A stretch of 64,000 nt of DNA from Bdellovibrionota bacterium (GTDB lineage: Bacteria > Bdellovibrionota_C > UBA2361 > CAKMMH01), in assembly GCA_050952645.1 (NCBI GenBank), contig JBMNLI010000012.1, positions 192,001-256,000 on the forward strand, in the 5' to 3' direction. Position numbers and translations under genes: made by a program. The notes beneath the pieces were generated by a model that saw nothing but the letters and a program-made list of their open reading frames with translations, searched no databases and was not told where the DNA came from. The stretch's first letter is position 1. The number at the start of each line of letters is the position of its first letter. This document shows positions 1 through 8,940 of the stretch, piece by piece.

Positions 1-190
1 TAAAATTTCAAGCACTTCTGAAAAATTTACGGAGCTAGGTTACAACCCAGTTTTATTGACTACTAGTCATATAAGAGTAGGGATGTCGAACTTTGTAGAA
101 AAATTCGTCCCAGGAGTGTCTGTGATTAGTCATCAAGAGATAGCCCCTAATACTAGAGTGCAATCTCTCGGTGTAATAAATATAGAATAA
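1..190 (+). CDS. flhA: Flagellar export gate protein FlhA, 3' end only (partial at window edge)
   Basis: Manual translation from base 2: KISSTSEKFTELGYNPVLLTTSHIRVGMSNFVEKFVPGVSVISHQEIAPNTRVQSLGVINIE*. This matches the FlhA C-terminus (PVLLT..IR...V(L/I)S..EI) and lies upstream of flhG-fliA. Confidence 0.9.
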   Translation, partial: KISSTSEKFTELGYNPVLLTTSHIRVGMSNFVEKFVPGVSVISHQEIAPNTRVQSLGVINIE

Positions 191-267
191 AAATATAAAT
201 ATCGCTTAAAATTTAAGTTTTTGAAACTAAATTTTAAAATGATGAATCAAATGTTTGAGGGTATGAA

Positions 268-1140
268 ATGAAAAATATGTATTATGATAATTTAACAAAT
301 ACGCAAAATAATATTGGACTTACTAGAGTTATAAGTTTTACTAGTGGAAAAGGGGGAGTTGGGAAAAGCACTAGCCTTATAAATATCGGGGTATCTTTAG
401 TAAATGAAGGAAGAAGAGTGCTAGTGCTCGATGCAGACCTAGGGCTAGCAAACATCGATATCTTATTAGGCTTAACTCCTAAATATACCCTAGAAGATTT
501 ATTATTTAATGAGAAAAGCATAGAAGATATTATTTTAGAATCTCCTTGCGGGCTATCTGTAATTCCTGCAGGAAGCGGAGTTTTAAAACTATTAAATTTA
601 TCAGTAATGCAAAAATCACTTCTAATGAGCGAGGTTGAAAGGATAGCAAAAAATTACGATTATTTGCTAATCGACACTGGGGCTGGGATAAATGATGATG
701 TGCTTTTTTTTAACGCTGCTTCTATGGAAGTAATATGTGTGATAACTAAAGAGCCTACATCGCTTACAGATACTTATTCGTTAATAAAAGTTTTATTACA
801 AAAAGGAGAAAAGGAATTTTCGATATTAGTAAATAATGTTTCTTCAGAGTTAGAAGCTAAGAATACGTATAAAAAATTATTTATGGCAGTAGAAAAGTTT
901 TTAAGAGTAAGACTTAAGTATATTGGATATATTCCGAGTGATGAAAAAGCAAGCGAGGCTATTTTAAAGCAAAAAGCTTACGTAGAAATGTTTCCATCAT
1001 CGGAGATAAGCAGAAAGGTAGTATCGCTTACAAAAAATTTAGATTCTGAGTTTTTTGATTTTAGAGTAAAAGGGGGCATGCAGTTTTTCTTTGAACAATT
1101 ATTAGAACTAAATGATGTTAGGCAAAATGTAGTAGTTTAA
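268..1140 (+). CDS. flhG: MinD/ParA-family ATPase FlhG (FleN), flagellar number regulator
   Basis: Deviant Walker A SGKGGVGKS, DADLGLANID, DTGAG and EPTSLTD motifs; located between flhA and fliA. Confidence 0.92.
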   Translation: MKNMYYDNLTNTQNNIGLTRVISFTSGKGGVGKSTSLINIGVSLVNEGRRVLVLDADLGLANIDILLGLTPKYTLEDLLFNEKSIEDIILESPCGLSVIPAGSGVLKLLNLSVMQKSLLMSEVERIAKNYDYLLIDTGAGINDDVLFFNAASMEVICVITKEPTSLTDTYSLIKVLLQKGEKEFSILVNNVSSELEAKNTYKKLFMAVEKFLRVRLKYIGYIPSDEKASEAILKQKAYVEMFPSSEISRKVVSLTKNLDSEFFDFRVKGGMQFFFEQLLELNDVRQNVVV

Positions 1141-1152
1141 TTTTAAATTAAA

Positions 1153-1383
1153 ATGGCAAGAAATAATAAAAAGAGACAAGGACAGAAAAAAAATTTTTAT
1201 TTTGTAGATAAATATATTGCAGGACTTTCGCTTACCGCATTTATAGTGATTATCGTTGCAGGGCTTATGCATGGAGCTAGCGTTATAACGATTAGTTTAA
1301 GGGCGATAGTAGTAATATTATTTTTAGCTGTAGTTAAAGTTATGTTAGTAAAAATTTTAATGAATTATGCAGGAGATGAGTAG
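1153..1383 (+). CDS. Small two-TM membrane protein of unknown function in flagellar operon
   Basis: 76 aa with a basic N-terminus and two hydrophobic segments. Its TAG stop overlaps the GTG start of fliA. Confidence 0.7.
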   Translation: MARNNKKRQGQKKNFYFVDKYIAGLSLTAFIVIIVAGLMHGASVITISLRAIVVILFLAVVKVMLVKILMNYAGDE

Positions 1384-2132
1384 TGAATAGTAAAAATCTA
1401 AATGGTATCATGGCGTATAAGCATGTTAGTAATAATGAAAAAGATGAGATGATTCGTGCTTATCTTCCACTCGTTAAAAAAGTTGTAAATAGACTTCTAG
1501 GAAGAGTGCCAAAAGGGGTTGATGTAAAAGAAATGATCAACTCTGGAATCATCGGCTTAGTTGATGCTTTAGAAAAGTTTGACCCAGGGAAAGATACTAA
1601 TTTTGCAACTTACGCAAGGTTTAGAATTCAAGGTTCTATTTTAGATAGCTTTCGGTCTCAAGATTGGCTTCCACGCTCGCTAAGAAAAAAGACGCATGAA
1701 ATTGAAGAAGCTTATAGACAAGTAGAGGTAAAGCATGGACGCCCAGCTAGAGATGAAGAGGTTGCAAAGGTGCTTGGAATTTCTCTAGATGAGTTTAATA
1801 AACGCCTTGGGGAAATTAGCAATATAGTGATGATAAGCTTTGAAGAACTTGGCTATGGACATGGCGAAGATAGGTTTAGCAAAGATGATGTGCTAGAAAG
1901 TAAAAGCAAAGACCCTCTATTTAAGCTTTTAAGTAGTGAAAAAGTAGAGTTAGTAGCAAGGTCGCTAGATAGACTTCCTGAAAAAGAACGTTTAGTAATA
2001 AGTTTATATTTCTATGAGGAGTTAAACTTAAAAGAGATAGGGGAGATAATAGGAGTTACGGAGTCTAGGGCTTCGCAAATCCGCTCTAGAGCATTGATAA
2101 GGTTAAAAACGTATTTAAAAAATATTTCTTAA
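1383..2132 (+). CDS. fliA: RNA polymerase sigma-28 factor FliA/WhiG
   Basis: GIIGLVDALEKFDP, FATYARFRIQGSILD..R.QDWLPRS, and region 4 LNLKEIGEIIGVTESRASQI; RBS GGAG upstream. Confidence 0.95.
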   Translation: MNSKNLNGIMAYKHVSNNEKDEMIRAYLPLVKKVVNRLLGRVPKGVDVKEMINSGIIGLVDALEKFDPGKDTNFATYARFRIQGSILDSFRSQDWLPRSLRKKTHEIEEAYRQVEVKHGRPARDEEVAKVLGISLDEFNKRLGEISNIVMISFEELGYGHGEDRFSKDDVLESKSKDPLFKLLSSEKVELVARSLDRLPEKERLVISLYFYEELNLKEIGEIIGVTESRASQIRSRALIRLKTYLKNIS

Positions 2133-2144
2133 TGTATCTTAAAA

Positions 2145-3386
2145 ATGGATGCTGATGCTACGAAAGAAAAAATAATATTATTAGCTGGTGATAAAAATAG
2201 CGAACTCTTTTCATACGTAAACGAAAATTTTAAAGATTATCAAATAAAAGTAGTCTCGTCTTTTGAGGATTGTTTTAGAAAGATAGATGGAGACGATACA
2301 AAAATAATAATAGTTAATAAAAATACTGAAAACTGGGAATACGAGTATTTTATTAGTAAAGTAAAACTTACCATAAACTCTCCTAATGTAATCGTAGTTT
2401 CTAATAAGGTTAATGATGCATTGTATATAAATTCTTTATATTTAAGTGGTTTTTCTAGTTATTTAATAACGACTGAAAAAGATTGGAAAAATAATTTACA
2501 TTCTATAATTAGACATTTAATACGAAATCAAAAATTAGAAGAAATAAATAGAAAGCTTACGGCTAGACTTACAGAGGCTAATATGATGTTAGGTGAAAAA
2601 AATAAAAGGCTAGATGAGTTTTGCACTACCATAGCTCACGATATAAGAGGTCCTCTAGGCTCGCTAGTTATGAAGCTAGATTATATAAAAGATAATTATG
2701 AAATTATAAGCGAAGATAGATTAAGAGCGCTATTAAACACGAGTTTAACCGTTTGCGAAAAACTAATATCGCAAGTGCAAGCTATGTATGATTTTGCAAA
2801 GCTTGGAAAAGAAGCTACTAAAATGGAATTTTTTAATTTAAATGAGCTTATCTTATCTTTAATAGAAGAAATGGATTTTTCAAGTGTTTTAAATAATAAT
2901 TTAAATAGCTCATTAGATAACAAACTAGATAATAAGTTAGATGATAAAATAAATATTAAATTAAATATTAAATTAGACAGTGGTTCAAATGTTAAATTTA
3001 CTATCGATAATTTTCCTGATATATATGGAAGCAAAGAGCTTATAAGGAGGCTATTTTTAAATCTTTTAACTAATGCGATTAAATATAATGATAAGAAAGA
3101 AAAAATTATAAATATAAGTTTTAAAGGGATAGAAACTATGCTTGCAGGAAAGTTTGCTAAGATTTATGTAGAAGATAATGGGAATGGAATTTTAAAAGAA
3201 GATTTAACAAATATTTTTAAGTTATTTAATAGAGCAGGAGAAGCTAGGAGTAAGAAAGAGGGACTAGGAATCGGTCTTGCAGTAGTAGATAGAGTTATAG
3301 AATTGCACCTAGGAAAAATTCAAATAAAATCCCAAATTGGCAAAGGCTCGCTATTTGAGTTTACGCTACCAGTAGAGAAGATGTAA
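2145..3386 (+). CDS. Soluble histidine kinase with degenerate N-terminal receiver-like domain
   Basis: HisKA H-box AHDIRGPL; HATPase NLLTNAIKY, EDNGNGI and GLGIGL motifs. The N-terminal alpha/beta domain lacks the canonical DD/D/K residues. Confidence 0.85.
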   Translation: MDADATKEKIILLAGDKNSELFSYVNENFKDYQIKVVSSFEDCFRKIDGDDTKIIIVNKNTENWEYEYFISKVKLTINSPNVIVVSNKVNDALYINSLYLSGFSSYLITTEKDWKNNLHSIIRHLIRNQKLEEINRKLTARLTEANMMLGEKNKRLDEFCTTIAHDIRGPLGSLVMKLDYIKDNYEIISEDRLRALLNTSLTVCEKLISQVQAMYDFAKLGKEATKMEFFNLNELILSLIEEMDFSSVLNNNLNSSLDNKLDNKLDDKINIKLNIKLDSGSNVKFTIDNFPDIYGSKELIRRLFLNLLTNAIKYNDKKEKIINISFKGIETMLAGKFAKIYVEDNGNGILKEDLTNIFKLFNRAGEARSKKEGLGIGLAVVDRVIELHLGKIQIKSQIGKGSLFEFTLPVEKM

Positions 3387-3422
3387 AAATATATATTTTA
3401 AGTTTATAACTCTATAAATTTT

Positions 3423-4577
3423 CTATAACTCTACGACTTTTTCCCAAGTAAAAAAATCTCCACTAGGTTTTCTTCCGAAATGCCCACCGCTAGCGGTAGC
3501 TTTATAGATAGGCTTTAATAAATTTAAGTGCTTAATTATTCCTAGCGGTGTTAAATCGAAATTATCTTTTACTTTCCTTACTATTTTATCGTGTGAAACG
3601 TTTTGAGTCCCAAAAGTATTAACCATAACCGACACAGGCTCAGCAACTCCAATGGCATAAGCTAATTGAATTTCACACGTGCTAGCAAGATTAGAAGCAA
3701 CGATGCTTTTTGCTATGTGTCTTGCCATGTAAGCCGCCGACCTATCTACCTTACTAGGGTCTTTGCCAGAGAAAGCCCCACCGCCATGGTGAGCATAACC
3801 TCCGTAAGTATCGACTATTATTTTTCTACCAGTTATTCCGCTATCGCCAACGGGACCTCCTATCACAAACCTACCAGTAGGATTTATAAAAAACTTCGTT
3901 TCATCATCGATTAAATTTTTATCTATTTTAGAAATTGTAGGAAGAATAACTTTATTTATTATAAAGTCTTTTAATTCCTCATAAGAAACGTCTTCGCTAT
4001 GCTGAGAAGACAAAACTATTGTATCTATTTTCTTTGGAATACCGTTAGCGTATTTTAAACTAACTTGAGATTTAGCATCAGGTCTAAGAAAAGTGTTTTT
4101 ATCACTTTTTCTAACTTCAGTAAGTTCATTTATAAGCTTGTGTGCTAATGAAATTCCTAGTGGCATAAGTTCAGGAGTTTCCTTGCAAGCAAATCCAAAC
4201 ATTAAGCCTTGGTCTCCAGCTCCCATTTGTTTAAAAAGTCCTTCTCCTTCAGTGACTCCTTGGCTAATATCTGGAGATTGCTTTGCTATAAATTTTGTAA
4301 TATTACAAGTATCGGCACAAAAGCCAAGCTCTTCTTTGTCATAGCCTATGTCTCTTATGCTATCTCTAATAACTTTATCGAAATTTATATTAGCGCTAGT
4401 AGTTAGCTCCCCAGCTAAAACTACCTCGTTGTTTTTAACTAGCGTTTCAATAGCCACTCGGCTCTTAGGGTCTTCTTTTAAAGTTTCATCAAGAATGGTA
4501 TCGCTTATCTTATCACACATTTTGTCTGGGTGCCCTTCTGAAACAGACTCAGAAGAAAAAATATATTCGTTATTCAT
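3423..4577 (-). CDS. metK: S-adenosylmethionine synthetase
   Basis: [17 protein letters not shown] and [16 protein letters not shown] motifs. Start placed at ATG 4577, which follows a GGAG RBS. Confidence 0.97.
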   Translation of the reverse strand: MNNEYIFSSESVSEGHPDKMCDKISDTILDETLKEDPKSRVAIETLVKNNEVVLAGELTTSANINFDKVIRDSIRDIGYDKEELGFCADTCNITKFIAKQSPDISQGVTEGEGLFKQMGAGDQGLMFGFACKETPELMPLGISLAHKLINELTEVRKSDKNTFLRPDAKSQVSLKYANGIPKKIDTIVLSSQHSEDVSYEELKDFIINKVILPTISKIDKNLIDDETKFFINPTGRFVIGGPVGDSGITGRKIIVDTYGGYAHHGGGAFSGKDPSKVDRSAAYMARHIAKSIVASNLASTCEIQLAYAIGVAEPVSVMVNTFGTQNVSHDKIVRKVKDNFDLTPLGIIKHLNLLKPIYKATASGGHFGRKPSGDFFTWEKVVEL

Positions 4578-4602
4578 AAAAAAAAACTCCATTAAACTTT
4601 AA

Positions 4603-4842
4603 GGTTCTATAACGTTTTAAAGAGATTCTTAACAAAAAAATTTATTCTAAGGCTTTAGCTTAAAAATTAATCTACTTTATTTTAGGTTAAGTTAAATAAA
4701 GATTTTTTTTGCTTATTATATTCTGTTTATTACGTTTTATTTATTTATTACGTTTATTTATATTTTTATTTATTGGCAATTTTTCTTTTAGGTTCTGCTT
4801 ATGCGTGATATACAGTTTAAATCGCCTTAAAATGTAAGAACT
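4603..4842 (+). mobile_element. Diverged long copy of ISL3-type MITE family
   Basis: Starts GGTTCTATAACGTTTT and ends CCTTAAAATGTAAGAACT. Internal TTAGCTTAAAA and CAATTTTTCTTT..GTGATA blocks align with the 37804 copy. Flanks AACTTTAA/AATTTTAA are 7/8 identical. Confidence 0.6.
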
Positions 4843-5011
4843 AATTTTAATATTTAGTAGTTTACTACATTAAATATTTTTAACAATAAATCGCATTTTG
4901 TTTTAAATATAACATTTTCTTTTTAAGTGTATTCTATAATAAAAGTTTATAATAAAAGTCTATAATAAAAATTATGATGAAGTCTTAAAATAAAAACACG
5001 TTCTATAATAA

Positions 5012-6869
5012 CCTTAACTTTGCAAAAAAGTTCACCTAAAATTTTTTTTGTAATTTTTTATTTATTTGAGCAGCTTTTAATCTTACCTTATCAGCATCTA
5101 TATCAAACGCATTTAATATAGTTTTTTGTCTTTTGCTTACTGCATAGCTCAGCTGATATAAATCCTTACTCCCTCTTACCATTTCAATTTTTTCAAGTTC
5201 TTTTAATGCGGCAGGAACATTCATATAGTTTGGCTTTTTTGTTAGCTTAGAAAGTTCTTCATTAAGTAGAATATAAATGCGATTGCGAATTATAAGTGCT
5301 ATAAACTCTATAAAAATTTTAGCAGATACTGCCTGAGATGAATGAACTCTCATACTTTTTGAGCCTAAAAAAGTCTTATCAATAGCAAAAAGTTTCTCAG
5401 TTGCGTCTCTACCCTTGTAAAGTATTATAGCTTCTTTAGCACTCATTTCTTCCGAACTAACAAGACAAAAATACCCACATAAATTAAGAGCCTTTTGAAT
5501 TTCATCTGCTCTCTCTTCTACTTTTCTTAACTTTCCTTGATTGTCATAACTTAAATCAAAAAATTGCTTATACGTTTGTCCAAACTTTGTATCTTTGCCA
5601 ATATGGTTTTTTAAAAATTGTTCAAACTCCTCTAATTTAATTTCTAGTTGCTCCCTCTCAAATGCTTGCTTTTCCGCACTAAAATAAACATGAAAATAAC
5701 GCTCCTTACTATCATCATCATATAATTTTGATTTCACTGTAGTGCCATATACCTTGTATAAGCGAATACTACAGTCTCTTTTAGACTCAAATGTATTCCT
5801 GTTTTCTTCTACTAATTTAGAAACTAAAGCCTTACACCCTTTTACCATCAATAAAAAAGAAAAACCACTATTATCCATATATTGAATATTATATTTACTA
5901 AAATAACCACGGTCTAAAATAAATCCTATCTTTTTATATCCATACTCTATAACCTTATCTGCCATATGAGTAAATTGAGAAACGTCTGTAATAGAACCAG
6001 GATACTCTTCGTAAAATAACGGAACTCTATTCGTTTGATCAAAGGCAATGGATAAATTAAATACTGGGAATCCTTTTTCGTCTTTCGCTTTACCAAACTC
6101 TACTAATTCAACATCACCTGCTTGACAGTTCTTATTAGTCGAATCATATGAAACGTAAACCATTTGATTGCGATCTTTTCCCTTGTTCCAATCGTCAAGA
6201 AAGTTAATTATCTGCTCTTTGCTAACAGAAGAAAGAAAACGACTTATGGTAGAATCACTATAGATGCGCATACCTTTTGTAAAGAGTGGATGAGAAAAGG
6301 CGTAGTCTGGATAATACTGACTGACATTCTCTTCATTTACAATAAAATAACTCGCTAAATCAAGTATAAGTTCACTACGTTCACCAAAATGTTTTTTTAG
6401 TAAAAAAGGCAAATTAAATTCATTTGCTACTTTTTCAATCACCAAGTGGGGACCTATACGAAGACAACAACTGCGTGAAGCGTCTGAAAATTTCTCGGGC
6501 ATAGGGGCATCTGGAAAATAATTACTATAATTGTCATTAGGGTACATAATATCATCTCTACCATCAACTAATTTTCCAATAACGCTACGCTTTGGATTAG
6601 TATACTGTTTCTCTTTATTATAAGTGCGATCGTATTCAAAAAGCACATATTTTGCTTCCCCTTTTTCTCTTATAATTATTTTATTTCTTTGCTCTGGTAA
6701 TGGAACTGTTCGATTGTAATTCATAAAACCTCCTTTAGGTTAACGGTTGCACTAAAAGTATAGCATAGTAAATACACAGATGCAAGTAAAAAAATGCATA
6801 ATTTAACGATTATTTCTTATTTATTTTAATTGATTATTTGTTTAGGTGAACTTTTTTGAAAAGTTAAGG
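5012..6869 (-). mobile_element. Complete IS1634-family (IS4-like DDE) insertion sequence
   Basis: 29-bp terminal inverted repeats at 5012-5040 and 6841-6869 with 1 mismatch (CCTTAACTTT(G/T)CAAAAAAGTTCACCTAAA). 5-bp direct repeat AATAA at 5007-5011 and 6870-6874. Confidence 0.92.
5036..6724 (-). CDS. IS1634-family transposase
   Basis: 562 aa; DDE motifs SYDST, ILDRGYFS and Y(2)R(3)E(6)K (YKGRDATEKLFAIDK). The stop codon lies inside the IR. Confidence 0.9.
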   Translation of the reverse strand: MNYNRTVPLPEQRNKIIIREKGEAKYVLFEYDRTYNKEKQYTNPKRSVIGKLVDGRDDIMYPNDNYSNYFPDAPMPEKFSDASRSCCLRIGPHLVIEKVANEFNLPFLLKKHFGERSELILDLASYFIVNEENVSQYYPDYAFSHPLFTKGMRIYSDSTISRFLSSVSKEQIINFLDDWNKGKDRNQMVYVSYDSTNKNCQAGDVELVEFGKAKDEKGFPVFNLSIAFDQTNRVPLFYEEYPGSITDVSQFTHMADKVIEYGYKKIGFILDRGYFSKYNIQYMDNSGFSFLLMVKGCKALVSKLVEENRNTFESKRDCSIRLYKVYGTTVKSKLYDDDSKERYFHVYFSAEKQAFEREQLEIKLEEFEQFLKNHIGKDTKFGQTYKQFFDLSYDNQGKLRKVEERADEIQKALNLCGYFCLVSSEEMSAKEAIILYKGRDATEKLFAIDKTFLGSKSMRVHSSQAVSAKIFIEFIALIIRNRIYILLNEELSKLTKKPNYMNVPAALKELEKIEMVRGSKDLYQLSYAVSKRQKTILNAFDIDADKVRLKAAQINKKLQKKF

Positions 6870-6905
6870 AATAATGGCTAATATTTAATATAAAAAAACA
6901 TTTAG

Positions 6906-6933
6906 TTGACATTTTATTTTATTTTTGTAGAAT
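6906..6933 (+). promoter_or_regulatory. Sigma70-type promoter of tetR/RND operon
   Basis: TTGACA-N16-TAGAAT, 38 bp upstream of ATG 6972. Confidence 0.6.
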
Positions 6934-6971
6934 ATAAAAAGTTAGGTCAGTTGATTGAATTTTTTATTTAT

Positions 6972-7616
6972 ATGAAAAAAGAAAGCACGAAAGATAAATT
7001 GTTAAAAGCAGCAGCGCAGCTGTTCTCTCAAAGCTCGTTTAGCGATCTAACTACTCGTGAAATCGCAAGCAAGGCTAAAGTTAATCTATCTGCGATAAAA
7101 TACTATTTTTCAACTAAAGAAAATCTCTTTATTGAAACTTTAAATATGCTCTTAGTGGAAATAAGAAATGAAAATGTAGAAAACTTAAATTTTGAAGACT
7201 CTATTTCACAAAAAGAAGCTATAAATAGATTTAAAAATTTCATAAGAAATTTTACAGAGCTTATGTCGCTTCCTAGAAGCGTTCATCCGTGTAAAATGAT
7301 GTTAAGAGAGTTTTTAGCATTAAATAGGAAAAATAAAAAAATGTGCGAAACGATGGTTTCTATTATAACTGAGGAGTTTGTAAGACCTTTTGAAGAGAAA
7401 GTAGTAAAATTACTTAGTCTTGTAGCTCCAGAATTTTCTAAAAAAGAGTATGCTATGGTGTTTCAACTAATATGTGCAATGTGCACTCACTGTTTACTAT
7501 CTGGGGAATATATAAAAAGAATGTATGGCATAGACTATACAAAAAGTGAGGAATTAAATAAGTTCTCAGATTACGTCGCTAATTTTTCATTAAAAGGACT
7601 AGGAGTTACGGTTTAG
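6972..7616 (+). CDS. TetR/AcrR-family regulator (CecR-like C-terminus)
   Basis: N-terminal HTH TKDKLLKAAAQLF..TTREIASKAKVNLSAIKYYF..KENL. ATG 6972 is preferred because the ORF-track TTG coincides with the -35 box. Confidence 0.9.
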   Translation: MKKESTKDKLLKAAAQLFSQSSFSDLTTREIASKAKVNLSAIKYYFSTKENLFIETLNMLLVEIRNENVENLNFEDSISQKEAINRFKNFIRNFTELMSLPRSVHPCKMMLREFLALNRKNKKMCETMVSIITEEFVRPFEEKVVKLLSLVAPEFSKKEYAMVFQLICAMCTHCLLSGEYIKRMYGIDYTKSEELNKFSDYVANFSLKGLGVTV

Positions 7617-7725
7617 GCTTTCTTGATTTTAATATTTAAATTTAAAGTTTAAAAACTAAAAGATAAAAAGTTAATATAATAGTTTAATAAAATTTTGTAA
7701 AAAAAAATATATTAAGGAATAATTT

Positions 7726-8850
7726 ATGAAATTAAAACATTTTTTAGTAGGTATTATCGCTAGCGTTATTCTAGGCGTGGTTTTATTGGTAGTAAAAGCT
7801 AACCAAATAAATAAAGAAAATATGGCTACCAAAAACAGAGTTATCCCCCCAACGGCAGTTACGTCTTATAAAGTTAAAAAAGTAGTTTGGCCAAATACGA
7901 TAAAGGCGGTAGGTGGCATAGAGGCTACGCAAGGAACTATGCTAAGCGCTGAAGCAGATGGACGTGTAGTAGATGTTTTATTTGAATCTGGAAAGGTCGT
8001 TAAAAAAGATGAGGTGTTAGTAAAGTTAGACAGTAGCGTTGAAAGAGCAGAGCTTGCAGGCGCTAAAGCTAGGCTTGAACTTGCTAGGCTGAATTTAGAA
8101 AGACAGAAAGCATTAAGAGAAAAAAATGCAAACTCAAAATTAGATTACGATAATGCAAAGTCTAATTTCAAAAATGCCGAGGCTACCGTTAAACAATTAA
8201 GAGCAGTTATAAAAAGAAAAGTGCTAACCGCTCCATTCGATGGGATAGTAGGTATTAGACTAGTAAATTTAGGGCAAATGATAACTACGGGGACTAAAAT
8301 AGTTGCACTTCACACTCTTGATCCCCTATTTGTTAATTTTAATTTACCAGAACAAGATTTAGTAAAAATAAAAATAGGAAATAAAATAAATGTTTCAGTA
8401 GATGCTTTCCCTAACAAGGTGTTTAAAGCTACTTTAACGGCGATAGATAGTTATGTAGACAATAAAACTAGAAATATTTTAGTTCAAGGAACTCTTAGTA
8501 ATCCAGATAATATTTTAAGGTCGGGAATTTACGCTAGAGTTCAAGTCGACTTAGGAGACGATAGAAACGTGCTTGCTATTCCTGTTTCTTCCGTCAATTA
8601 TTCTCCTTATGGAAATAGCGTATTCGTTATAAGCAAGAATGAAGATGAAATGAAAGCTAGAGTAGCTACTTCTAGGTTTGTAAGATTAGGTGAAAAGGTA
8701 GGAGATTTAGTCGAGGTGATAGACGGGTTAAAGTTAGGAGATGAGATTATAAGTTCAGGAACATTTAAAGTTTTAAATAATTCAAAAGTTATCGTTGATA
8801 ACAAGATACAACCATCTTCGAGGCTTTATCCAAATCCTGAGAACTCTTAA
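7726..8850 (+). CDS. RND efflux membrane fusion (periplasmic adaptor) protein
   Basis: N-terminal anchor, lipoyl/barrel motifs (LTAPFDGIVG, VDNKTRNILVQG) and a coiled-coil hairpin. Confidence 0.93.
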   Translation: MKLKHFLVGIIASVILGVVLLVVKANQINKENMATKNRVIPPTAVTSYKVKKVVWPNTIKAVGGIEATQGTMLSAEADGRVVDVLFESGKVVKKDEVLVKLDSSVERAELAGAKARLELARLNLERQKALREKNANSKLDYDNAKSNFKNAEATVKQLRAVIKRKVLTAPFDGIVGIRLVNLGQMITTGTKIVALHTLDPLFVNFNLPEQDLVKIKIGNKINVSVDAFPNKVFKATLTAIDSYVDNKTRNILVQGTLSNPDNILRSGIYARVQVDLGDDRNVLAIPVSSVNYSPYGNSVFVISKNEDEMKARVATSRFVRLGEKVGDLVEVIDGLKLGDEIISSGTFKVLNNSKVIVDNKIQPSSRLYPNPENS

Positions 8851-8940
8851 GTAAGAACTTTTAACTTTGAAACTTTTAAGTTTAATTTATGAATAGTTAA
8901 AAAGACTAAATAAAATAAAAAAATAAAAAGGTGTGTTTGA

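Noticed and set aside
4600..5000. SAM riboswitch upstream of metK
   Set aside because: No SAM-I/II consensus is visible; the region is AT-rich and explained by a diverged MITE.
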